A stretch of 64,000 bases of DNA from NCBI GenBank assembly GCA_937625935.1, contig OW569372.1, positions 186,001 through 250,000 on the forward strand. The letters run 5' to 3'. Position 1 is the first letter of the stretch. Every line of letters starts with the position of its first letter. The notes under the pieces are model-generated. The model saw only the letters and a program-made list of their open reading frames with translations. It was not told the DNA's origin and did not search any database. Source of the stretch: Tetramitus jugosus. Taxonomy: Eukaryota > Protista > Heterolobosea. This document shows positions 10,169 through 21,424 of this stretch, piece by piece. Position numbers and translations under genes: made by a program.

Positions 10169-13036
10169 TTAGCTGTTGCTGTTGCTCTGTGGATTCAAGA
10201 GCAGTTTTTTGATGTCCATAGACGTGAAGCGATGATAATTGCAGTCATTTACCATTGTCTTCAATGCTTTCTTATCTATGAGACCCAACTGTATCGCTCG
10301 ACACAGTTCTGCAGCGACAGAATGATGATTTTGGTCCTCACAGCTGCATCTAAGTTGAAACACACCGTCGTTGTCCGTGCAGTAGAGAAGTTGAGGCTTT
10401 TTCATTGTCTCATCCTTTTGCTTCCTCTTCAAATTGAACACTGGGTGTGTATCAAAATTGTAATCCAACAGATGGCAATTACTGCTGAGATTCACTTCAA
10501 TAGGTAGAAGAGCGCCCATTTGCGCCAAATCAATTGCACTCTGATCGGCCATGATTGACACACCATGTCCAAACCGATACGCTGGTATAGGTTCTTCCAA
10601 GCTCTGTATCTTCTTGAGGAATCGCTTAATCCAACCACTGACAATGAGCCGGTGCTTTTCGTATCCTTCATACTTCTTGGGTACAAACGACTTGGTTCCT
10701 TCATCAAATTCGAAATAGTGATCAGAGATTTCACCAGTGTGAGCCCTCAGCCCAAACGTACCTGTACCGTTCCCATATCGCATCCTTCTCTGAGCAAACT
10801 CCAAGAATTCGTCGAGCCAGAATGGACAATATGGGAAACCCAGTTCATCACCCATGAAATCCAGTCCAACAATTCTCTCGTGCAAGATGTCTGAATCACG
10901 GAATAAGCTCTCCATTCGCTGCAAGTCCTCCACAAAATCATGATAGAGGAATGTATCATAGAATGCGATATCAATGATCGAGTCATTGGACGAGAGGATA
11001 TGGGATGCTTCAACAGGATCTTTGGCATGTTTCCACACGACTTGACCCTTTTCGTTCGGTATAGGTAACCGAGCTTCCATTCGATTGATAGCAGCCAAGT
11101 AGTTGAACTGAACGCCGTGAAGAGGATTCCTCACAGATCCCAGAGGAATCAAATGACGATGACTGTAGTTGCGTGAACTATTGTCTTCTTCTTCATCATC
11201 TTCTTCTTCTTGCAGGTCTTGCGATGGTTGAGGGGATGGTTGGTGTTGTTGCTGACGGTGTGGTTGTTGTTGAGATTGCGGTGGCTGTTGCTTTGGTTGA
11301 GCTTCCACAGTCGTCTCTTCTGCTTCTGTCATCTTCTCAAGTGGTTCATCGGTCAGTTCAGGATGAAGAAAGTGACGAGCGAACCATGGCTTGAACAACA
11401 AATGTCGACACGTGATGGAAAACTCGACATAGCTCACACCGTTGCGTGCATACCTCTGACACACATGATTCAACAACTTGTCGTTCACGATCAAATATTG
11501 GCTGTACATTTCTTCCTTCAACGAAAAGTGTTGTGGATAGAAATTGGGACTGAATTTTAGCTTGTGCTGGTGGTGGATATGATTATTGTGGTTATTGTGG
11601 TTTGTATGAACCTGATTCTTTGTTGCTTCTCCTGCATCACGATTCAACAATGAGCTATCGTGTTCTCCTAGTTCCAAGTCACCAGTGCTTGCCCACTTGT
11701 CTTCGCAGGATCCTATTACTGTAAAGCAATTTTTCAGTTGATTCATCATTTTGTCGTCCTTGTAAGCAAGCTCTAACAGAGACTCGTTGGTAATGCCTCT
11801 CTTGTAATCAAAGAATTGCTCGTTTGCATTGAAAACCCAATAATCTTTGATCCTCTGCTTCAAGGGAGGGTACTCCAAGTCGAATCCACTCTTGAGAAGT
11901 GAAGCTCTCGAGTAGACGACTTGAACCGTGAACTCCAGTTCAAATGGACCCAATTCTTCAAACGCCCTTTTTAGCTCCTTGGTTACAGGCGCACCAGGCA
12001 CTTGATAATCCGTTCGAATGATGGAAACCAACAGTTCGAACTGAGAGGCCGTTAGACACTTGTCCATGGCGCTTTCATAACTATCCGTGAACAATACACT
12101 TCTCTTCTGAATTTGAGCCAATGGCGCGCCACGACCTGACATGACACGATCAATAAAGTGTAATCGTTGTATTTTTGCGTTCCTTGCACTACTTTTCATG
12201 TCAATGTCGATCGCAGGAACAAGAATATTGGGATACAGTTCACACTTGTAGTGATAGATTGATGGGAGGTACTTGTCCATGATTGTGTTGATCCAAAAGT
12301 GCCAACTGCCCATTCCAGTGAGATGAGTGTGCAAGTCAGATAGCTTCTTGTCTGATATGAGTTGACCAAGCAAGTCATAAGCTTCTCTCTTTCTTGTTGC
12401 TTGGTCTTTTTTATCTTCTTGAGAGAGTAAGGATTGTTGTTGCAATGCTTCTTTTTCAATCGATTGATACCATTTTCCAGTCTTCTTCTTCTTGTTGTGG
12501 TCGTTGTTGTTCATTTGTTGTGTTTGAACTGAGTCTTGCTTGTGGTTTAAGCTGCTGCCAATGTTGTTTGGCTGCTTTTGTTCTTGGTCCGTTTCCATGG
12601 AGGAAATTGACTTGCTGTGATTGGTCGTGGTTGGGGAGGTTTGTCCTGGTGATTTGCTTAATTTTTGACCCATTGAGTGCAATCCTGTGTTTAACAAACA
12701 ATTAAACTTTTCCTTCTTGTTGTTGTGTTTACTTTTAAAGTTGTTGTCGTTGCTTGGATAGTCTATGGATGGTTCAGGTGTAATCTGACCGTTGTGTTGA
12801 GTGCTGCTCTCTCTGTTGGAGTGGGGACTTGCTCTGTGAGATTGTACTTTGCGGTTGAGAATTTTCAATTTTTGCAATACTCTTCTTCTGTATATCGTGT
12901 TGGTTGTGGTGGTTGTTGACGTGGTTGACTGTTGTTCCGATAAAAGCTCCTCTGATACAAGATTTCTTTCTTCAAGGCTGTTACTCGAGTTACTGTTGTT
13001 TTTTGGGGTCTTCTTGTTCTGACGCTGGGATAACAT
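10169..13036 (-). CDS. Adenosine/AMP deaminase-family amidohydrolase with long low-complexity N-terminus
   Basis: Motifs in order: DLHTHLTG, VSYVEF, VGLDFMGDE, RAHTGE, RFGHG, IEVNLSSN, CTDND. Confidence 0.75.
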   Translation of the reverse strand: MLSQRQNKKTPKNNSNSSNSLEERNLVSEELLSEQQSTTSTTTTTNTIYRRRVLQKLKILNRKVQSHRASPHSNRESSTQHNGQITPEPSIDYPSNDNNFKSKHNNKKEKFNCLLNTGLHSMGQKLSKSPGQTSPTTTNHSKSISSMETDQEQKQPNNIGSSLNHKQDSVQTQQMNNNDHNKKKKTGKWYQSIEKEALQQQSLLSQEDKKDQATRKREAYDLLGQLISDKKLSDLHTHLTGMGSWHFWINTIMDKYLPSIYHYKCELYPNILVPAIDIDMKSSARNAKIQRLHFIDRVMSGRGAPLAQIQKRSVLFTDSYESAMDKCLTASQFELLVSIIRTDYQVPGAPVTKELKRAFEELGPFELEFTVQVVYSRASLLKSGFDLEYPPLKQRIKDYWVFNANEQFFDYKRGITNESLLELAYKDDKMMNQLKNCFTVIGSCEDKWASTGDLELGEHDSSLLNRDAGEATKNQVHTNHNNHNNHIHHQHKLKFSPNFYPQHFSLKEEMYSQYLIVNDKLLNHVCQRYARNGVSYVEFSITCRHLLFKPWFARHFLHPELTDEPLEKMTEAEETTVEAQPKQQPPQSQQQPHRQQQHQPSPQPSQDLQEEEDDEEEDNSSRNYSHRHLIPLGSVRNPLHGVQFNYLAAINRMEARLPIPNEKGQVVWKHAKDPVEASHILSSNDSIIDIAFYDTFLYHDFVEDLQRMESLFRDSDILHERIVGLDFMGDELGFPYCPFWLDEFLEFAQRRMRYGNGTGTFGLRAHTGEISDHYFEFDEGTKSFVPKKYEGYEKHRLIVSGWIKRFLKKIQSLEEPIPAYRFGHGVSIMADQSAIDLAQMGALLPIEVNLSSNCHLLDYNFDTHPVFNLKRKQKDETMKKPQLLYCTDNDGVFQLRCSCEDQNHHSVAAELCRAIQLGLIDKKALKTMVNDCNYHRFTSMDIKKLLLNPQSNSNS

Positions 13037-13766
13037 TTGAGGAATTTTCAGCACGCGAGATGGAGCAAGGGCAAAGTACAATCTGTTTCTTTTTTTTGAA
13101 CAATGTTTTGAGAGAAATATTTTCAGGAATTCCCCAAGTGATTCCAGACCAAAATAACTCCAAATATGGAGTAAGAATAACTAGCGATTCTCTCAGCTGA
13201 GATCTGCATTGAACGATTCAGGACAATTCTGTTCTTATTGAAGGATGTCCATGTCCATATTAGCCGGGGAACATAACTGGGCTTGTTAAGAGTTTGGAAT
13301 CTCGATTTCAATTCGCGCAACTGTCTTTCAACAAGAGTTCAATCTATCGGAATGTTCAACGTTGATGAGGATGAATCTGAGATCCTGTTCCTCATTGTGT
13401 ATGATACCTTGCAAATGAGATGGCTATCAGGGCTGAAATTCTTTTGATTTCAACAAGGAAAAGTTCGCAATTGCAAGATAGTGGAAACAGCAGCATATAG
13501 TACAGCAAATATCCCCAACATACTGCTTCACGATCTTCAGACCCACCAATGATCACCGATTTAGCCTCAGTGTTTGGAGCTAAGGGTCTAGACAATATGG
13601 GACTCTAGTGACTTGAGTTCGTGTGGCCTGTCTTCAAGTTTCTGTCAACTCGATTTGTCGGCATGAAATTATTTTTCCGCAAGATACGCGCTCAAAACTT
13701 GGAACAAACACAAGACCAACAAGAACATCAATCAACAAAGCATTATCAACAATACAAGACTACGCA

Positions 13767-15431
13767 ATGCTTTTTGAACCTCCTCCTGGCCTAAAGTTTT
13801 ACGACTTTATCCAAAACTACTACTATGACAACGACATGACTGACAACAGGAATAATGATGATGATGCCATTAGCCATGATGAGAGAACCATTACTCGCAT
13901 CATCCACCAATCGGATCCCGACATTTTCCTCCCATCCATCACAATTACTAATCTGCGAGTCAAGCTCACATGGGGCAGATTCACCTATGCAATGGATCAG
14001 TTGAACATGTTGACACAGCACAGAGCCATACTGTGTTGCGACATTTTGTTGGACGTCGCACAACACAATCGAATTACACTACTGGACAAGCACAGTGATC
14101 AACTGGTTGAGGACAGAGTGTGGTCTAGGATGAAATCCATGTGTGAGTTCATTCAGGACTTGCACAACAACGTTAAGAAAAAATCAAGTATTGCACAGCG
14201 CGTGGTTCCGCTGATTTTGCGCATGAAAAAAACTTTTCAAGAGAAAAAAACGTCGCATGACTGGATGATTAATGCATGTTTGGAGAGGTACATGTTTCAT
14301 CCGTATACGGCACTCGAAATGTTCCAAAAGAGTATTTCACTTTCTCCTTCAAACTATGAAGTGTATATGTACTTGTCAAATTTGTTGAATAGTGATGAAT
14401 TTGAACGATCTTTGGATGCAATCAAGTGTCTGCACACTGCCGTCAGCATTTGTGATGCTCTAATATCGATAGAGTATGATCCGTTCAGTCTGAGGAGAAT
14501 TCAGGCCAATCGATTGGTGTTTCTGGGTCGTATCCTGTCTCACAGGAGTAAAGTGTCACTGGACGCTCAGATTAATCAATTTTTAGCAACGGGGCAGCAA
14601 CAGAATGATCCGCCGATAAATCCGAGTAATCTAGAACTGATCATGTATCAGACGGCGCTGCTGGTGGATCGACACGCGTTCCATGCATCGTTTTACATTG
14701 GATTCTTCTATGGTTTTTCCTCTTCGTTGCAAAGTGTTACTGTTGGACTAGGAGCCGGTACAGGGGCTCCTGATAGAGAAGAGGCGTTAGAGACAAGTAT
14801 CGTTCACTTTACCAAGACACTGTCCTTGTTGGATGAGAACAAGAAGATAATCTTTCAGAGTATTATTTATAACAATATTGCTGCAATGCGGATTCAGCTG
14901 CACGAGTATGATGAAGCACTGAAGTGGTACTGCGAGACACTCAAGGCAAATAGCATGATGGGGTGGGCAATAAGAGACAAGAGTCTCTGCTTGCGCCTTC
15001 AAGACAAGTTCAAGGAAGCACTGGATAATTTTACATTTTGTATCGAGACATTGGTGCCTGAGAATCCTAAAACAAAGGCTGAATTAATGGTTACAAAAGC
15101 CTTTTGGGAAGTGTCAGAAAACAATCTGACCGTCGCATCGAGGTCAACTCTCATTGCTTCACTGTCAACTGCACTTGCAATCGATCCTGCTTCGTGCTTT
15201 GGTTGGTACCTGAAGAGTGTCTTGTTGTGGAGCTACGATGAAAATGCTGCGATTGAATGCCTCACCAAAGGGATTGGCCACGCGCAAGGCAACAATACTC
15301 TTGGTATAATGCAGCTGTTGGACAAAAGAGCTGATTTTTATCAAGCAGCACGCAATGTTGATGCAAATCTCTTGAAGGAATATCAGAAGCAGGCGAAGAG
15401 GTTTGTAGATGTGCACATGAGAGTGGCATAA
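13767..15431 (+). CDS. TPR-repeat protein
   Basis: Helical repeats such as ALEMFQKSISLSPSNYEVYMYLS, IYNNIAAMRIQLHEYDEALKWY, ALAIDPASCFGWYLKS. Confidence 0.7.
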   Translation: MLFEPPPGLKFYDFIQNYYYDNDMTDNRNNDDDAISHDERTITRIIHQSDPDIFLPSITITNLRVKLTWGRFTYAMDQLNMLTQHRAILCCDILLDVAQHNRITLLDKHSDQLVEDRVWSRMKSMCEFIQDLHNNVKKKSSIAQRVVPLILRMKKTFQEKKTSHDWMINACLERYMFHPYTALEMFQKSISLSPSNYEVYMYLSNLLNSDEFERSLDAIKCLHTAVSICDALISIEYDPFSLRRIQANRLVFLGRILSHRSKVSLDAQINQFLATGQQQNDPPINPSNLELIMYQTALLVDRHAFHASFYIGFFYGFSSSLQSVTVGLGAGTGAPDREEALETSIVHFTKTLSLLDENKKIIFQSIIYNNIAAMRIQLHEYDEALKWYCETLKANSMMGWAIRDKSLCLRLQDKFKEALDNFTFCIETLVPENPKTKAELMVTKAFWEVSENNLTVASRSTLIASLSTALAIDPASCFGWYLKSVLLWSYDENAAIECLTKGIGHAQGNNTLGIMQLLDKRADFYQAARNVDANLLKEYQKQAKRFVDVHMRVA

Positions 15432-15632
15432 TTAAGCTTCGGGTATGTGCCAGCCGTAGATCGATCACCCAGAACGCTCACCTAATTTTGTACGATAGAC
15501 CTATAAAAAATGGTCAACCAGGAATTAATTTATTAAATAAAGCAATAGCTTTGTCAACATAACTTGATTCAAAAAACTACCTTATCACAATCACAAACAC
15601 TATTGTACAATACATATATTAACATCATAAAA

Positions 15633-15869
15633 ATGGTTGAATCTGAATGCCTAGAAGAAATCAAGGACGAAATTTATGCCAGCAAATGGAAGAAGGACGA
15701 AGCGCAACAAAAGCTGGAGACCGACAGACAACCTCATGAAACCAGACTACTGGACAAGGAAACAATGGAAAACGTGCAACGATCACTAGACAAGGGAAAG
15801 GATCAGGTGCAACAGGATATCCACGTCGACTACCAAAAGGAACGCATCAAACAAGCTGCCAAGAAGTAA
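15633..15869 (+). CDS. Small charged helical protein (78 aa), function unknown
   Basis: ATG in A-rich context, protein-like composition, AATAAA shortly after the stop. Confidence 0.5.
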   Translation: MVESECLEEIKDEIYASKWKKDEAQQKLETDRQPHETRLLDKETMENVQRSLDKGKDQVQQDIHVDYQKERIKQAAKK

Positions 15870-16018
15870 ATCCTCGCTCCCTGAAACAAAAATAAACAAA
15901 TTGATCGAGAAAGTCCACCAAAAGAAACTGCGCTTCCTTGATCTCAATAAAACTCCTCAGTTTCACACCCAGGAAAAACAAAACTCAACAAAACAAGAAC
16001 ACAACAACCACAGTAACA

Positions 16019-17746
16019 ATGCATCGACGAAGCTTGCAAAAAATTCGAGGACACATCCTACAACAGAAAGCTTCCACAACAACAGCAAAACAACCACTTT
16101 CTCACATTTCTCGTTTCATTCATTCTTGTCCAGTGAATCATGACATATCAAAGACCAAGAACAACAATGATGACCACTTGAATTTTGTGAGTCCAAGCCA
16201 ACTCAAATCGATCAAAGAATTTGTTGCTTCCCGCCAAAAAACATCAATTACTCCGCCATTAAAGTCCGCCTCCGCAAGTCAACCCAAACAACATGGTGGA
16301 TTGACAGAGGTTAGCTTAAGCAAGCCATTGAACATTTCCAATATGCAAACTGTGAAAACAAAGATCCATTTCAATGACAGTGATGTTCGCATGACTACAT
16401 TGCCCAATGGTCTCCGTGTTGCCTCCATTGAAAATCCAACCAAAATGACCTCTGTTCAAGTCGTGTTTGGCATGGGTTCAAGGTTCGAAAAGAGTCAAGA
16501 ACGAGGATTGAGTATCCTGTTGAACAAGATGTCATTCAAGCCATCTCGTCATTTTGACACAATGAGACTGCATTCACTAGAGGATATGATCATGTATGAG
16601 TCGAGGTGCGATCAAGAGACGATCACCTACAATTCCACGTTTTATCGGAACAGAATGGAAGAGACAATGGAGATGATGGGTGATTGCATCTTGTATCCAC
16701 TGTTGGAACAGAGTGAGATTGATCAAACGGTTCAAGAATTGCAATTCAATCTGAGTGAACAGTATTTGGATCCTGCTGGTTCGGGAGTGTTGACTGATAT
16801 GATGATGGAAGCATGTTTTGGACAGTCTGTGGGCAATGAACCATCGTTGGGCAACCCTACACTGTACGTCAATGAAGCGACAACGACCGAATCGTTGAAA
16901 CAGTTTCATAAAAAGTATTTGAGACCGGATAATTGTGTGATTACGGGTGTGGGTGTGAATCATGAAGAGTTCCTGAACCTCGTTAAAAAGTATTTCCAAT
17001 TTGAAGAGACAACTACTACGGATTCTGATGCGATTACTATACCAAACTTGAAGAAGACCAAGGCTCAGTTCAAGAGTGGAGACTTGCGATTGCAATTCAC
17101 GGATCCGCCACAAGAATTTTCAAAGCAGAATTTGCCTTCATTGACATCACTTGTTGTTTCGTTCGAGGGTGTGAGCTCATTTGATGAGAAGAATATTTTT
17201 GCGTTGTATGTGCTGGAAACGTTGCTTGGTGGTGGTAATTCATTCTCTTCGGGAGGTCCTGGAAAGGGTCTGCAATCTCTCATTTATATGAAATACTTGG
17301 GTCATCATAGGCTGTACTCTATGGCTGCTGTGAATCAAGCATTTGGTGACACTGGCCTCTTTTCTATTATTGCAAGTACTGATCACGAGCATGCAGGCGA
17401 GTTGGTGAAGGCGATCACAGAGTTGTGCGTATCAGCTGGCGGACAAATCACTGATGAATATGTTCAGCGGGCAAAGGTTCAATTCAAGAGTGCAATGTTG
17501 CTGGGATTAGAGGATACGAATCGATGGAACTTGGCAGCCGATATCTTATTCTTTGACCGATTCCACTCTACCGACTACATTTGTCAGAACATTGACAAGG
17601 TAACAAAGGAAGATATTCTCAGAGTGTGGCGAAGTTTATTGACGAACAAACCACCTGCAATCACTGTCGTTGGAGACTTGAGTCAAATACCAACGAAGGA
17701 GCAGTTTGATACGTTTTTCGAGCAATTGAAACAGATCAATGTGTGA
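16019..17746 (+). CDS. PMPCA: Mitochondrial processing peptidase alpha subunit
   Basis: M16 start TTLPNGLRVAS, no HxxEH, glycine-rich loop LLGGGNSFSSGGPGKG, basic N-terminal presequence. Confidence 0.9.
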   Translation: MHRRSLQKIRGHILQQKASTTTAKQPLSHISRFIHSCPVNHDISKTKNNNDDHLNFVSPSQLKSIKEFVASRQKTSITPPLKSASASQPKQHGGLTEVSLSKPLNISNMQTVKTKIHFNDSDVRMTTLPNGLRVASIENPTKMTSVQVVFGMGSRFEKSQERGLSILLNKMSFKPSRHFDTMRLHSLEDMIMYESRCDQETITYNSTFYRNRMEETMEMMGDCILYPLLEQSEIDQTVQELQFNLSEQYLDPAGSGVLTDMMMEACFGQSVGNEPSLGNPTLYVNEATTTESLKQFHKKYLRPDNCVITGVGVNHEEFLNLVKKYFQFEETTTTDSDAITIPNLKKTKAQFKSGDLRLQFTDPPQEFSKQNLPSLTSLVVSFEGVSSFDEKNIFALYVLETLLGGGNSFSSGGPGKGLQSLIYMKYLGHHRLYSMAAVNQAFGDTGLFSIIASTDHEHAGELVKAITELCVSAGGQITDEYVQRAKVQFKSAMLLGLEDTNRWNLAADILFFDRFHSTDYICQNIDKVTKEDILRVWRSLLTNKPPAITVVGDLSQIPTKEQFDTFFEQLKQINV

Positions 17747-17761
17747 GTAAAATAAAGTTTA

Positions 17762-19669
17762 TTAGCTCCATGTTTCTTGCTGTAATCTTCTCATTGCTTC
17801 CAGTTTCGATAAATAGTCCTCTGCTTGTGCATCATCTGCACCAGCTTCGGTTTTGATTACATGCAATAGCGCATTACGAACATCTGTCGGCATTTGCTTA
17901 GCATTACCAGCAATGTATACAAATCCTCCCTGATTGTGAATAATGTCCCACACCATCTTACTATTTTCCTTGATTCTATGTTGTACATAAATCTTATCGG
18001 CTTGATCTCTCGAAAAGGCAGTCAAAACCTTGAAAGAGAAGCCATTTTGACCGGAGTACGGTTCCAACTCTTGGCCATACAGATAATCTCGCTTCGAATA
18101 TCTATTACCAAAGAATAAAACTGTTTGTCCCACTTGCTTGCCTTCTCTTGCTTGAATGCATCTTTGTTGAATTAAAGATCTGAATGGAGCCATACCAGTG
18201 CCTGGACCAATCAGCAATACAGGAGCTGGAGCTGGGGGAAACTTCATCGTTCCCTTCCTGACCCAAATTGGGACTGTGATGCCTTTGTGAACATCAGTTA
18301 ACCTTGAAAGCCATGATGAACACATTCCATATCGTTCTCGCTTGTATGGAGTTGTAAATTTGACAACAGATACCGTGATATGAATTTGATTGGGGTACAT
18401 TTGCTGAGCGGAACTAATGGAAAAGTATCGAGGGACGATTGGTGGTATGAGATCCAGTAAGTAGTTTAAGTCGAGAGTGCATTTAGGGAAATCATCCATT
18501 GCCTCCAGGAATGTTCTCTTCTCTCGATTATTGTACCGATTAAGATCTGTCACTCCATCTGAACAGCCAAACCATTGCAAACGATCGCACTCTTCCTCAT
18601 CCTTTGTGAAATGGCTCAACAACTCGAAAAAGTAGCGCCTTGGAGTTCCATTGATTGCCAAATGTTTCTCAAAAAGATCATAAGCTCGAACTGTGACGCA
18701 TGATCCATGGGGCCCACCTGGCACTCTAATATCAGGTGCATCTGGATCCGCCTTTTCAATCAGAAGCCATTGATTTTCATCCAAATTCCATCGCTTCAGT
18801 CCATGAATAATGGAATCGTGCTCATTCTTGGGCCACATGGCCAGCACGTCGCCAGGCTCATAGGCAAACACTGCTGAAGACTCTGTCGAAGCAGAATTAG
18901 ATGCTCCCGTATTGCTTGCCGATATATCGAACACAATATGTCTCACATCTTGCTCATTGCTCACATCAGTCAATCGGGTATTCTCCAAAATTCTCGAATT
19001 GAACGGATGCGTTTCACTGTAAGCTTTCTGCACACTATTGCTCTGATCCTTAGCATCTTGATTGGCCGAATCAGAAGCAACCAGAGATACACGATACCGA
19101 CTTGGTGGCAACACATCTGCAGGAGCTATGGACAAGTGAGAAGGCAACGGGTACAGCTCCAACACCTTGTTCAACATTGTTTCCATCCATGGAACCAACA
19201 CCGAATCCACACCATACACATCCTGATCATCCGCCAAGCCTCGCTCACAAAACTCCGATGCACCCAACTGTAGCAATCGTCGGTGTAATTTCTTGGCTAC
19301 AAAATTGTATTTTGGATAGGAACTGTCGCCCAAACCCAACACTGCAAACTGTAAATGAGACAACTGATGGGGAAAATTCTTGCGCATAATTGCGCGCCAA
19401 AAACGAGTCATATTGTCCGGTTGATCGCCTTGCCCAGTGGTCGCCACCACAAAAATGACGGTCATTTTCGCATCATTCTCATCACTACTGCTCTGAAACA
19501 AATGAGCATTCCAATCAAAATCATCAATGGCACTTGTTTTGATGGAAAAGTGACGTCTCTTTAGCTCTCTTGTCAATCTTTCGGCTACTTCTTGAGCAGT
19601 ACCTGTTTGACTACCATAAAGGATCGTGACCCTTCTGTTGTTGTTGTGGTCGTTGTCGTTGGTTGCCAT
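17762..19669 (-). CDS. NDOR1: NADPH-dependent diflavin oxidoreductase 1 (Tah18)
   Basis: ILYGSQTGTAQEVA, ATTGQG, GLGDSSYPKYNFVAKKL, PRYFSISS, IGPGTGMAPFRS, AFSRDQ..KIYVQH, terminal ETWS. Confidence 0.92.
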   Translation of the reverse strand: MATNDNDHNNNRRVTILYGSQTGTAQEVAERLTRELKRRHFSIKTSAIDDFDWNAHLFQSSSDENDAKMTVIFVVATTGQGDQPDNMTRFWRAIMRKNFPHQLSHLQFAVLGLGDSSYPKYNFVAKKLHRRLLQLGASEFCERGLADDQDVYGVDSVLVPWMETMLNKVLELYPLPSHLSIAPADVLPPSRYRVSLVASDSANQDAKDQSNSVQKAYSETHPFNSRILENTRLTDVSNEQDVRHIVFDISASNTGASNSASTESSAVFAYEPGDVLAMWPKNEHDSIIHGLKRWNLDENQWLLIEKADPDAPDIRVPGGPHGSCVTVRAYDLFEKHLAINGTPRRYFFELLSHFTKDEEECDRLQWFGCSDGVTDLNRYNNREKRTFLEAMDDFPKCTLDLNYLLDLIPPIVPRYFSISSAQQMYPNQIHITVSVVKFTTPYKRERYGMCSSWLSRLTDVHKGITVPIWVRKGTMKFPPAPAPVLLIGPGTGMAPFRSLIQQRCIQAREGKQVGQTVLFFGNRYSKRDYLYGQELEPYSGQNGFSFKVLTAFSRDQADKIYVQHRIKENSKMVWDIIHNQGGFVYIAGNAKQMPTDVRNALLHVIKTEAGADDAQAEDYLSKLEAMRRLQQETWS

Positions 19670-19776
19670 GATTTGTTTGTTGGAGCTGAAAAATGTTTTT
19701 CCAACCCAATTCGGTCGATTTGAGATGTTCCGCAATTGCAATACAACACATTTATTATTTTAGCTAACACAATAAA

Positions 19777-21213
19777 TTAATGAGAAGACGAGACTTGAGG
19801 AGTTGTTGCAGGTGTGAAGGGCAACAATTTTCCAAACAAAAAGTGTTGCATCACCACAAACTTGTCCAAGACTTCTGCTCTGTACATTTTGATCATTCCG
19901 CTGGAAATCTTGGTCCACGTTGGAACAGAACTAATATCGTTCAAGACGGGTGAATGTTCAGAAAATGGTCCTCTCTTCACCTTGTGAATAAATTGAATGG
20001 CTGCGAGGTACATGTAATCCGCACTGTACTCTTCCAATGTTTGTGGAGTATGAATCGAATGTGGTTCGATTCCCTCCTTGTTCTTTATCAGTTGTGAACT
20101 GCCAAACAAGAATGGCAAGAAGGAATAATCGTCCAATCCCCATACACCGTGACTTCCCGCTGGTTCAAGCTTATACGTCAGCTGTATATACCTCATTACC
20201 TCCAAATATCGGGGAAATATTATTCCTAGCAGACACATGGAGTCGCTCTCTGTTCGAGCAATGCCTAATTTAGCCAAGCAATACATGTAAGCACAAAAGC
20301 TAACTTCGTGGCCCGTTCCATAATCAATTCTCGTTCGATTACCGAATCCTTCTCTCCAATAGGCACTCAACTCCTTGTACTTCCAAGCATTCTCCTCACT
20401 TTCACATGCTTCTTCACTCGTACTAGCAGTAGTCGTAGTTTCTTTATTTTCGCCATCTTCATCTGATGTTGTTGCCATTGTTGTAGTTGAAACGAGATTC
20501 GCTTTCAACACTTTTCGTTGCAAATCATCCGATTCCAACAACATTTGATCAAACCATTGACGAAACGCCAAATTTCCATATCGTGAAGCACTGTTGGTCT
20601 CTGCAGTCGGAGGATTCTCCTTGACCAACTCTTCCATTCGATCCAAATTGTTCATGACTTGCTTCAGTGCATCACTCATTTGATGACTATACTTGTTCAC
20701 TATATCACTCAATTTGACACCTGTTGCCAAGTGAGCCAACTGACAAATGAATCGATCGAGACTTGCATACGCTTCTGATTGTCTAAATGGAGTCATATCA
20801 GGTGCATTGAAAATGTATCTTCTTGGGCCCATCATGCTATCAAGATCAGCTGCTTGTTGTTGTTGTTGTTGCAATTGTTGCAATTGTTCATTTTGTTTTT
20901 GAAGCAATTGTTGACGCAATAGCTGAGAGGTTGTGAGAGGTATGCCTGATGATGAAGAAGGTGATGGTGATGTGCGACCAGGGAACACTGTTGTTGTTGT
21001 TGTTGTCAAGTGATGATTGTTGTGAATGGTGTTGAGTGCAGCACCCATGCGAGTAGATGGATTAAAAGTGTTGGATGAGTAAGTATACATGGTGGTGGTT
21101 GGTGGTGGTTTGGCTGTGGTGGATGTGAATGTGGATGTGGATGTGTTGTTGGTGGTGGTATGATCCATGTTGTTGTCGTTGTTATTATTGTCGTTGTTGT
21201 TGCTTTGATTCAT
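19777..21213 (-). CDS. PTPA: PP2A activator (phosphotyrosyl phosphatase activator, Rrd family)
   Basis: RYGNLAFRQW, FGNRTRIDYGTGHE, YKLEPAGSHGVWGLDDY, FSEHSPVL, MYRAEVLDKFVVMQHF. Confidence 0.93.
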   Translation of the reverse strand: MNQSNNNDNNNNDNNMDHTTTNNTSTSTFTSTTAKPPPTTTMYTYSSNTFNPSTRMGAALNTIHNNHHLTTTTTTVFPGRTSPSPSSSSGIPLTTSQLLRQQLLQKQNEQLQQLQQQQQQAADLDSMMGPRRYIFNAPDMTPFRQSEAYASLDRFICQLAHLATGVKLSDIVNKYSHQMSDALKQVMNNLDRMEELVKENPPTAETNSASRYGNLAFRQWFDQMLLESDDLQRKVLKANLVSTTTMATTSDEDGENKETTTTASTSEEACESEENAWKYKELSAYWREGFGNRTRIDYGTGHEVSFCAYMYCLAKLGIARTESDSMCLLGIIFPRYLEVMRYIQLTYKLEPAGSHGVWGLDDYSFLPFLFGSSQLIKNKEGIEPHSIHTPQTLEEYSADYMYLAAIQFIHKVKRGPFSEHSPVLNDISSVPTWTKISSGMIKMYRAEVLDKFVVMQHFLFGKLLPFTPATTPQVSSSH

Positions 21214-21408
21214 TTTGTGTGATGTTGTCTATTTGTGAACTTTTTGTTTTTTTGTTTTTTGATCTGTCGAACAAAGGGATTGCGTGTCTTTCCTCTGAGG
21301 TTCTATCTATTTCTTCAAGCGAGACTGAAACTATATTCTTCTTCCTTTCCACCCATGATGAGTCCTTCCAACAACTAACAGTTCCATTTCGTTCGGATGT
21401 AAGCAGCG

Positions 21409-21424
21409 AGAAAACTCAAAAATT
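21409..21424. repeat. Left target-site duplication of retro-element A (AGAAAACTCAAAAATT)
   Basis: Exact copy at 27992-28007; runs directly into a T18 tract (length 14-16 bp because the final TT is shared with the tail). Confidence 0.85.

Noticed and set aside
13100-13620. Short minus-strand ORFs between the deaminase and TPR genes
   Set aside because: No recognisable motif or convincing splice path; could be a decayed gene but cannot be supported
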